Assembly (NCBI GenBank): GCA_014728225.1
Contig: WJLX01000079.1
Location: 1-60,904 of the forward strand
Reading direction: 5' to 3'
DNA length: 60,904 nt
Source: Candidatus Coatesbacteria bacterium
GTDB taxonomy: Bacteria; RBG-13-66-14
This document shows, piece after piece, positions 28,537 through 38,200 of the stretch (its first letter is position 1; each line of letters starts with the position of its first letter). The position numbers were made by a program, and so were the translations under genes. The notes beneath the pieces are model-generated. The model was not told the DNA's origin, did no database searches, and saw only the letters and a program-made list of their open reading frames with translations.

Positions 28537-29256
28537 TCAATCCCAGACTTTGTCATCGGGGATACAGTAGTCGCAGGGCAGCTTACCCGCTGTGACCAGC
28601 ATCTGGGCCTCGAAAACGGCCACCAGGTTCTCGGCGCCGATTCGCGGCGCGTGGCCGTAGCCCACCCGGTGGTAGCTGTCCTGCTCGTCCGAGGCTAAGT
28701 AAACGGCGGGCGGGTCCAGCGCCGGATCGAAGACCCCCCGGCCGGCCGCAAAGGCTTCGGCCATCAACCGGCGGTACTCCTCGGCCCGCTCGCAGTTGGG
28801 CAGGTAGCGCCAGGCCACCGCCCAGCCACCTTCGAGCAGCTCCGCCCCCACATCTTCGCAGCTCAGGGTCTCGACGTAGGCCAACCAGCGCCAGGTGCTG
28901 GAACCGTCGCGCTCGTCGAGGTCCGCCGACAACCAGACCTGTGTCCCCGGCGGCAACAGCTCCTCCAGGGCCGCCCCGGCCTCCGCATACCCCGGGCGGT
29001 AGCGCTCCGGGGTGTTGATGCCGATCAGGCGGACCGTGTGCCGATACGGCTCGTCTGGGCCGTATTCGCCGGCGTCGACCCCCTCCAACCAGTCGGGTAA
29101 ATAGATGCTGAAGGTGTCACCGTCAATGACCTCGCAGACCGTCACCACCTCCGCGTCGGGAAAGGGTATCTCCGACCTGCCGGCGTCTACCGACATGACA
29201 AGCGACAGGACTAGAAAGACAACCGCGGCGCCGTAGCGTTGCGTCGAAATGCACAT
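28537..29256 (-). CDS. Thermonuclease (SNase-like) family protein with a degenerate Ada-type metal-binding C-terminus
   Basis: Signal peptide; EVIDGDTF, VRLIGINTPE, RWLAYV, LLEGGWA; C-terminal YHR...AGKLPCDYC. Confidence 0.85.
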   Translation of the reverse strand: MCISTQRYGAAVVFLVLSLVMSVDAGRSEIPFPDAEVVTVCEVIDGDTFSIYLPDWLEGVDAGEYGPDEPYRHTVRLIGINTPERYRPGYAEAGAALEELLPPGTQVWLSADLDERDGSSTWRWLAYVETLSCEDVGAELLEGGWAVAWRYLPNCERAEEYRRLMAEAFAAGRGVFDPALDPPAVYLASDEQDSYHRVGYGHAPRIGAENLVAVFEAQMLVTAGKLPCDYCIPDDKVWD

Positions 29257-29336
29257 GAGGCTTCCTTGCCTTGAATGGCTCGTTCCGGAGCCCAAAGCGT
29301 TGCGAAAACGATTGGAACCGGCGAGATGCCTCTGCC

Positions 29337-29538
29337 GCCGGGACCTTTGAAAAACAGCAAACCCCAACGGCCGCCAATCGCCGGACGGCCCGCGCCGGAA
29401 CTGGCACGGTTTTTGCGGAGGCGGACCGTTATCGTCGTCCGTAACGGTCACCGAGATGCAAAAACCGTGCCAGTTCCGGCGCAGCGGGACAGCCGTACCG
29501 CAAGGCTCTTGCGCGTTTGTTTTTCAAAGGTCCTCGGC
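29337..29538. repeat. Nested-palindrome element, copy 4 (opposite orientation)
   Basis: Outer IR ggacctttgaaaaaca; inner IR gcgccggaactggcacggtttttgc. Confidence 0.95.
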
Positions 29539-29714
29539 AACACGGTCGGTCGTTGAGCGAAGCCGCAGAGCAGTTGTCCGGAGTTGGGCCGTTGGATCGA
29601 GGAGCGATGGTGGGCCGCTCAGGGCGGCTTCGAAGGACAGGAAAGACGTGTCATGATGTTGGATTAGAATACTACTCCGGACTGACAGAAGCTGGCGATG
29701 GGCAAATTTGCCGG

Positions 29715-29743
29715 AAAAAACCGCCGGCGCGACCGGCGGTTTT
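29715..29743. terminator. Intrinsic terminator downstream of clpX
   Basis: aaaaaaccgccgg-cgcga-ccggcggtttt; reads as a hairpin plus U6 on the minus strand. Confidence 0.8.
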
Positions 29744-29768
29744 CTACTCGCAGAGTACTGGTCGGCGG

Positions 29769-31049
<1,281 letters not shown>

Positions 31050-31148
31050 TGGTAGCCTTTCGCGCCGTTAAGGTCGCCTTTCCGACTCCTCGTCTTTACT
31101 CCAGAACGGACCGTGTATAACACAGCCGGCCCCGTCGAGGCAAGGCGG

Positions 31149-31199
31149 TTGATAAGCCGGACGGACTCGATTATGATTGCGTTATCAATCGATTATACT
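31149..31199 (+). promoter_or_regulatory. Tandem sigma70-type promoter candidates
   Basis: TTGATA-17-TATGAT and TTATGA-17-TATACT. Confidence 0.5.
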
Positions 31200-31209
31200 A
31201 CACCGAGCC

Positions 31210-31248
31210 CCGAGGAACCGAAGGAACCGAAGGAACCGAAGGAGCCGA
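31210..31248 (+). repeat. 9-bp tandem repeat (CCGAAGGAA) ending in the SD
   Basis: ccgaggaa ccgaaggaa ccgaaggaa ccgaaggag ccga directly before ATG 31252. Confidence 0.85.
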
Positions 31249-31251
31249 GCG

Positions 31252-32877
31252 ATGGCTGATTTCAAGGAATTGTTGAAGCGGCGCTACCTGCTGACGGTCC
31301 TGGCCGTCGCCCTGATCGCCGCCCTCTTCCTGCCCCTGCCGGCCTACCAGAGTTCGCTGCGCACCGATTCCGCCAGCCACCGGCTGGACTTCGTCGAGGG
31401 ACGCTCGGTCTTCGGCGGTTTTACCTCCGCCTACTCGGGCCATCCGACCTATTACCGCGCCCTGTTCGAGTTGCTGTACGGCCTGGAGAGTCGGTGGGGC
31501 CTATCACCCTTCGGTTTTCGTCTGATAAGCGCTCTGCTGGTTTGTCTGGGGGCTCTGTTGGCGGCCCGCCTGACCACGGGATTGACCGGGGAGAAGAGCC
31601 ACGGCCTGGTCGCCGGGGTCCTCTTCGCCCTCCATCCCCTGGTCGGTTACATGATCCTGCGCCCGATCAACCAGGTTACGCTGTTGGCGGTGGTGCTGAT
31701 GCTGGGGGCGGTGGGCGCCTTCACCGCTGCGTTGCGGTCCGGGGAATCCCGGCGGCGCCGTTGGCTGTGGGGTCTGTCTCTGGCGGCGGCCCTGGCGGCG
31801 ATGCTGACCAAAGAGATCGCCCTGCCCCTGCCCGGGGTGATCTTCCTCATCGCCCTGCGCGAGCGGCTCAAAAACGACGAGGTCTTCGACGACGCCCTCA
31901 AGTACGCGGCACTGCGCCTGCTGCCCTTCGTCGGCGTCCTCGCCGCGGCCCTGCTGCTGCGCTCGGCCGCCCTGGGCGGCCTGGCGCTGATCGGTGAGCA
32001 GGGCGGCGAAGGCCTGCGCTCTCTGGGAGCCTTCGCCGTCAACGCTCTGTGGCCCCCGGCCTTCGACCACCTCCTCGAGGACGGCTCCCGAACACTCGAA
32101 CTGGCCGTCTGCGGACTGCCCTTCGCCCTCTGGCTCGTCATCGCCCTGGTGCGGAACATGAAGGAAACAACGGACAAAGGCCGCCCGTTGTTGCGCCGGT
32201 TGTTCGTTCACCCAACCGTCTTCGTCCCGCTGTGCAGCTTGCCCCTGCTGGTGCCTCTCTACGGTCGCCCAAGCATGCTGGATTCCCTGGTGTTCTTACC
32301 TGCTTTCATCATCCCCGCCGCCTGGCTGTTCGTCCGGCTGGCCCGCAAAAGACGCGCTCCGGCAACGATCCTGGCCGTCATCGTCCTGGGATGGTTCTGC
32401 ATCGCCGGAGTGACCGACGCCCTGCTCTGGTCGCGGACCTCGGCGACTAACGACCGCCTGGTTGCAGCCCTGGAGGCTGAGCTGCCCGATATCACCGCCG
32501 CCAGGGGCTACGTCTTCCTCAACCCACCCTCCTTCTATCGCGACGACAGCTGTCTGACCCGCCTCAACCCGCCCGGTGTGACCTACGCCATGGCCGATCA
32601 GCTAATGCACCTGGCTCCGGGTATCGGCTACGCCGACGCCTCCCGCTGGCGGGGCGCTGATCCCGCCGGCGAAGGGGCCGGCGTGGACGTCGACGGCCGC
32701 ACGATCACCCTGAACCTCAGCCACGGTTGGCTGGCTCCACCACCAAACGACGCCCGCCGCGAACCCGTTCCCCTCAAGCCCGAGCTGTCCGGCGAGGTCG
32801 ATACCCTGACACTGGTGTACCCCGGTGTGCCCACCTACGCTCTCGCCGAAGGACGCTTGGCCGTGATCAAACGCTGA
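31252..32877 (+). CDS. Polytopic membrane protein, GT-C/PMT-like glycosyltransferase candidate
   Basis: YYRAL..., FALHPL, MLTKEIAL..P motifs typical of PMT/TMTC-like membrane proteins; about 10 TM helices plus a periplasmic tail. Confidence 0.6.
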   Translation: MADFKELLKRRYLLTVLAVALIAALFLPLPAYQSSLRTDSASHRLDFVEGRSVFGGFTSAYSGHPTYYRALFELLYGLESRWGLSPFGFRLISALLVCLGALLAARLTTGLTGEKSHGLVAGVLFALHPLVGYMILRPINQVTLLAVVLMLGAVGAFTAALRSGESRRRRWLWGLSLAAALAAMLTKEIALPLPGVIFLIALRERLKNDEVFDDALKYAALRLLPFVGVLAAALLLRSAALGGLALIGEQGGEGLRSLGAFAVNALWPPAFDHLLEDGSRTLELAVCGLPFALWLVIALVRNMKETTDKGRPLLRRLFVHPTVFVPLCSLPLLVPLYGRPSMLDSLVFLPAFIIPAAWLFVRLARKRRAPATILAVIVLGWFCIAGVTDALLWSRTSATNDRLVAALEAELPDITAARGYVFLNPPSFYRDDSCLTRLNPPGVTYAMADQLMHLAPGIGYADASRWRGADPAGEGAGVDVDGRTITLNLSHGWLAPPPNDARREPVPLKPELSGEVDTLTLVYPGVPTYALAEGRLAVIKR

Positions 32878-32888
32878 CCCCAACGGGA

Positions 32889-33093
32889 CCGCAACCGACC
32901 TTTGAAAAGCAGCCCGCGGCGGCGCAATCCGTCAAACAAAACCCCGCCCCGGAACTGGCACGGTTTTTGCGGAAGCGGACCGTTATCATCACCCTAACGG
33001 TCGGCGAGATGCAAAAACCGTGCCAGTTCCGGGGCTGAAGTGTCAAGCAGCGGTGAAGGTCCTGGGAGTCTGCTTTTCAAAGGTCGGCTGCGG
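32889..33093. repeat. Nested-palindrome element, copy 5
   Basis: Outer IR ccgcaaccgacctttgaaaagcag / ctgcttttcaaaggtcggctgcgg; conserved inner core. Confidence 0.95.
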
Positions 33094-33145
33094 TGTGCAA
33101 AGCGGACCCGGTGGGACGGGTCCGCGGGGTATCTTAACTGTTTGG

Positions 33146-33736
33146 TTAGCCCAGTTCACGCTTTTCGAGGATCTTGTCGACGAGGCCGTACTCGAGGGCT
33201 TCCTGGGCGGGGATGAAATTGTCGCGTTCGGTGTCCTTTTTGATCGTCTCGATGTCTTGACCGGTGTGATGGGCCAGGATCTCGGCCATTCGCTGCTTGA
33301 GTCGCAGGATCTCCTGGGCGTGGATCTCGATGTCGGTGGCCTGGCCCGAGTAGCCACCCAGGGGCTGGTGGATCATCAGGATACTGTTGGGCAGGGCGAA
33401 GCGTTTTCCCTCGGTGCCGCCGGCGGAAAGGACCGCGGCCATGCTGGCCGCCTGGCCGATGCAGTAGGTCGAGATGTCGGGGCGGACGAACTGCATGGTA
33501 TCGTAAATGGCCAGACCGGCGGAGACGTAGCCGCCCGGCGAATTGATGTACAGGGCGATGTCCCGACTGGAGTCCTCCTGCTCCAGGAAAAGGAGCTGGG
33601 CGATGACCAGGTTGGCGATGCTGTCGTCGATCGGGGTGCCGATAAAGATGATGCGCTCCTTGAGCAGGCGGGAGTAGATGTCGTAGGCCCGCTCGGTGCG
33701 ACCGGACTGCTCGATGACGATGGGAACGAGGCTCAT
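33146..33736 (-). CDS. clpP: ATP-dependent Clp protease proteolytic subunit
   Basis: [25 protein letters not shown] (Ser), MIHQP (His), RDNF (Asp). Confidence 0.98.
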   Translation of the reverse strand: MSLVPIVIEQSGRTERAYDIYSRLLKERIIFIGTPIDDSIANLVIAQLLFLEQEDSSRDIALYINSPGGYVSAGLAIYDTMQFVRPDISTYCIGQAASMAAVLSAGGTEGKRFALPNSILMIHQPLGGYSGQATDIEIHAQEILRLKQRMAEILAHHTGQDIETIKKDTERDNFIPAQEALEYGLVDKILEKRELG

Positions 33737-33801
33737 GGATTTCCTTTTGTTGGGTTGGAGCACGCGGCTCACACAAATGGTCGGGTAATCTCCGCGGGCA
33801 A

Positions 33802-33874
33802 TTATAGCAGAGCGGTCGTATTTGTCCCAACACTCGTCCCACCTCTTGACGAGACGGGCTTGAGCGAATAAAAT
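33802..33874. promoter_or_regulatory. Divergent promoters for clpP and the M23 gene
   Basis: Plus strand TTGACG-17-TAAAAT; minus strand TG-C-TATAAT. Confidence 0.65.
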
Positions 33875-33942
33875 CAACCCTGGTCAACGGGTTAACTAGT
33901 CCTCTCCCGACAGACGCGGTTGATCGGCAGGCAACCAGAACG

Positions 33943-34872
33943 ATGCGCAGCGATCGCTTCACCGTCATCATCAACCGGGACAACATCCTGGGCACCTACC
34001 GCCGCGACTACTCCCGTCGCGGGGTGCGCAATTTCTTCATCATCCTGGGTCTGTTCCTCGTCGGCTCGTCCGTCCTGGTCCTGCTCTACTCCGACAACGT
34101 CCGCAAGAATCTGGAGTTGTACTCCCTCGGCTTGACCGACGAGCGTCAACAGGAACAGCTCACCAACTCCCACGATCGCGTGGCCGAGTTGAGTTCCCGA
34201 CTTGACCAACAACGCGAAGTCACCGATATAGCCCGTTTACTGCACACCCTGGGGCCGGTCCCGGCCGCCGAACGCGAGGGGGGCATCGGCGGTGTCGAGC
34301 TGGGTCATCTCTTGGAGGGCTTTCCGCAAATCACCAGCTCCGATCTCGATCACCTTTCGCAACGCTACTTCGAGCGCACCCTGCGACTGAGCGGAGCGGT
34401 CCGGATGGAAACCACCCTGGTCAACGAAACCATCGAGCGCTCACGCCGCGAGGCCGACATCCGCAATCATACGCCGACGATCAAGCCCGTCGTCGGCCAC
34501 ATCATCAGCTACATCGGCAACCGTATCCACCCGATCACCGGTCGGATCCATTTCCACCGGGGCATCGATATCCAGGCGGCCTGGGGCACACCGATCTTCG
34601 CTCCCGCCGACGGCGTGATCAGCTTCGCCGGGGTTCGCGGCGGCTACGGCAAAACCTGCTTCGTCGATCACGGCTACGGCTACCAGACCCGCTACGGCCA
34701 CTGCTCGACCCTTCACGTCGTCGAGGGTCAGGAGGTCGAGCGGGGACAGATCATCGCCGAGATCGGTTCGACGGGGATGTCCACCGGTCCCCACCTGCAT
34801 TACGAAGTTCTGGTCGAGGGCAGCGTCACCAATCCGCTGGCCTATATCTACCCCGATTACGAGTTCGACTGA
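33943..34872 (+). CDS. M23 family metallopeptidase (second paralog)
   Basis: N-terminal TM helix; HRGID and HLH motifs; GGYGKTCFVDHGYGYQTRYGH. Confidence 0.92.
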   Translation: MRSDRFTVIINRDNILGTYRRDYSRRGVRNFFIILGLFLVGSSVLVLLYSDNVRKNLELYSLGLTDERQQEQLTNSHDRVAELSSRLDQQREVTDIARLLHTLGPVPAAEREGGIGGVELGHLLEGFPQITSSDLDHLSQRYFERTLRLSGAVRMETTLVNETIERSRREADIRNHTPTIKPVVGHIISYIGNRIHPITGRIHFHRGIDIQAAWGTPIFAPADGVISFAGVRGGYGKTCFVDHGYGYQTRYGHCSTLHVVEGQEVERGQIIAEIGSTGMSTGPHLHYEVLVEGSVTNPLAYIYPDYEFD

Positions 34873-34929
34873 GCGCACTCGCCCGTATTAAGACAGGCCC
34901 CGGTTGAGCCTGTTCTTTTTTTATCCGCC

Positions 34930-35134
34930 CCGGCGGCGGCGACCTTTTTCCATCGCACGACTAGCGCGCTGCGACACGCTAAACCGCCGGAACCGGCACG
35001 GTTTTTGCATCTCGGCGACCGTTGGAACGAATGTTAACGGTCCGCCTCCGCAAAAACCGTGCCGGTTCCGGCGGTTTAGCATCGGGGCGGTCCTGCGCCT
35101 CGGGCTACGCTGCTTTAAAGGTCGCCGGCGGCGG
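34930..35134. repeat. Nested-palindrome element, copy 6
   Basis: Inner IR extended to gctaaaccgccggaaccggcacggtttttgc; outer arms ggcgaccttt / aaaggtcgcc. Confidence 0.92.
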
Positions 35135-35236
35135 TAGTCGCCGATGCTTCGCAAGTCCTGTTAGCTATCGGGGTTGCCGACGTGCTATACTACCATTGAA
35201 TCTTTGCGAAACTAACCGACTCTCTGGAGGTCGACG

Positions 35237-38200
35237 ATGTCGAAATGGTCGCGTCTGGCCCTGGTGTTGCTGTTGCTCACGGCCGGCGGAGCCCTGGCCG
35301 ATGCCGAGGAGCTCTTCGAGGACGCCGAGGAGTACTACAACAACAAGAGCTATCATCTGGCCCTGGAGAATTACGAGGAGCTGATTTCCCGCTACTCGGG
35401 CAGCCGCTACGTTCCCCAGGCGATGTACAAGGCGGCGCGCTCGGCGGAGTACCTCTCCGAGTACGAGGCGGTCAGCGGCTATTATCTCAGGCTGGCCAAG
35501 TACTACGGCGACACCTACTGGGGCGCATTGGCCAAGCTTCAGGTCTCCGACAACATGTTCTGGTGGAGCCACCCCGAGCTGACCTATCCGCAGACCTACA
35601 CCATGCAGCAGCAGTTGCTGTTCGAGGCCGCCGAGACCATGGAGGACGTCAAGGACGACCTCGACGAGCCTTACGACGCGGAGTGCGTCGATCAGCTGGC
35701 CCGGCTCTACATGCGCTTGGGCAACCAGGCCGTCTACAACGAGGACGGCGGAGTCGACGAGGATTTCGACGCCGACGCCTGGTGGTGGGAGAATTACGAA
35801 CGGTCCGTGGAGCTGGAGCCCTCACCGGAGATCGCCCAGGAGGCCTACTACGCCATGGGCCAGCGCAGGCTGGGCCGCGTGTTCGTCGAGCCCTACCCGG
35901 AGGAGGCGCCGACGCTGCAGCAGTGGCGCTCCCTGATGGCCGAGCGCTACGAGACCAACCTGGAGTATCTCGAGGACGCGCTGGAGTACTGGGGGGTAAT
36001 CCTCGAAAACTGGCCGGAGTGCCGGACGGCCCACCGGATTTTCATCGATCGCGCCGAGTACACCGAGGTGTTCCTCGATTCCCCGTCCGGCGCCCTGGAG
36101 CTGTACCGTGAGGCCGCCGAGCGCTACGAGGACGACTGGGACAAGTCCGGCGAGGCGTCCAATAACGCCCGCCGTCTGACCACGCCCAACCTCGATCTGC
36201 CTCGGGTCGCCGAGCAGTTGCCCACGGGGGAGAAGCTGAGTTTCTCCTACACCAGCCGGCTGGCAGAGTCCGCCGAGCTGCGCCTTTACCGCCTGACCGA
36301 GGAGCAGTTGATCGGTCTCTACGACGGCACCTTCCCCGAGGTCGAGCAGGAGAAGCCCTATGAGCGCGACGTTCCCGAGCTCGACGGCCTGGAGCTGGTC
36401 TTCAGCGAGACCCTCGAGTTGCCGGGGATCAACGATTACCACCCCCACTACGACATCTACAATACCGACAACCCGGGACCGGGCCTGTACCTGCTGACTG
36501 CCCTGGTCGACGGCGAGCTCTCCAGCGCGACCAGCTTCACCGTCAGCGATCTGGGCGCTTTCCTGGCCAACGGTTACGGCGGGGGTTACGTCTGGAGTGC
36601 CTGGTTGGAGGACGGTGAATACGCCCCCGGGGCCAACCTCAACGTCTGGGAGTCCTACTACGACTCCCGCTACTACCACGAGTTGTGGCGTTCCGATGAA
36701 ACGGACCGCGACGGCTGGGTCCAGTTCGCGACGCCCAACGAGGAGATCGAATCCCCCGTCGCCGTCGTCGAGACCCAGGGCCATTACGCCCTGGTCGATT
36801 CCTACGACTTCTACGCCCTGCCGGAGTTCGACCCCGTCGGCTGCGCCCTGACCGACCGGACGCTCTACAAGCCCGGCGACACCGTTTACTTCGAGATCCA
36901 TGTCCGCGAGGAGGTCACCCCCTCGGGCCGTATCTACGGCTACGAGCCCGTCACCGACCTGGAGCTGACCGTCGAGGCCTACGCCGGCGATCTGATCTAC
37001 GAGGGCGAGCTGGTGACCGACCGTCGCGGCCGCTGCGGCGCCTCCTTCGACATCCCCGAGGACGTCCAGCTCGGCTACATCAACCTCAACGCCTACTGGA
37101 CCGACGCCGACGATTACACCCACTCCATTGTCTACCAGGACCTGCGCCTCGAGGAGTACAAGAAGCCGGAGTTCGACGTCAGCGTCAGCCTGGAGCGCGG
37201 TCCCCTGCGTTTGGGCGGCGAGGCCCGGGCCGCGGTCAGCGCCAGCTTCCTCTCCGGGGAGCCCCTGGCCGACGGCGAGGTGCGTTACACCGTCAGCCGC
37301 ACCCCGCGCTACTGGATGCCCGAGTTCCCCACCGAGGATGACAAGACCCTGCCGCCGTGGTTCGAGGCCGAGACCTATGACGACTATTACTACTACTGGT
37401 GGTATTACGAGCCAGAGACGGTCTACACCGGCAGCGTTGTCCTCGACGACGAGGGTCGGGCCGACTTCCCGGTGGTGCTGATACCGCCGGAGGGCGACCC
37501 CAACGCCGGCTATCTCGAGTCGGGCTGGTACACCTACTACTACGACTTCAACCTCGACCTGACCGTGGCCGACAGTACGGGCCGCGCCGTCGACGGCTCC
37601 GCTTCGACCCAGGCCGCCCGGCACCTCTACCAGCCCGCGGTCAGTTTCGAGAACGGTACCGTGGCCAAGGGCGACGACTGGCTGGGCGATTTTACCCTGA
37701 TCGATCTCTTCGACGAGCCCGCCGCCGAGCGCGAGGTGACCGTCAACCTCTACGAGATGCCCACGGATTACTCCTGGTACTATACCGGCCTGGAGGACGA
37801 GCCCTGGCTGACCTTCACCGGGGTGACCAACGACGACGGCGTGCTCGAGCTGGAGATCGACACCGACATCCTCGATCCCGGCAGCTACCTGCTGGCCCTG
37901 GGCTTCACCGATCCCTGGAGCGGTGAGCGCGAGTACTACCACTACCTCTACCTGACCGCGGAGCCCGTCGAGCCCGAAGAGGTCCCGCCGTCGCTGACCC
38001 TGTCCCTGGACGAGGAGTTCTACGTCGTCGGCGACACGGCCACGGTGACCATCGACTGGAACAAGGAGCCCGTCGAGGGCATGCTGGTCGTCGAATCCGG
38101 CGGACTGATGCGCGAGCATTACCCCGTCGACATCCGCGAGGGTCAGACCACCCAGCCGATCGAGCTGACCGGCCACCACGCCCCCACCACCAGCATCCGC

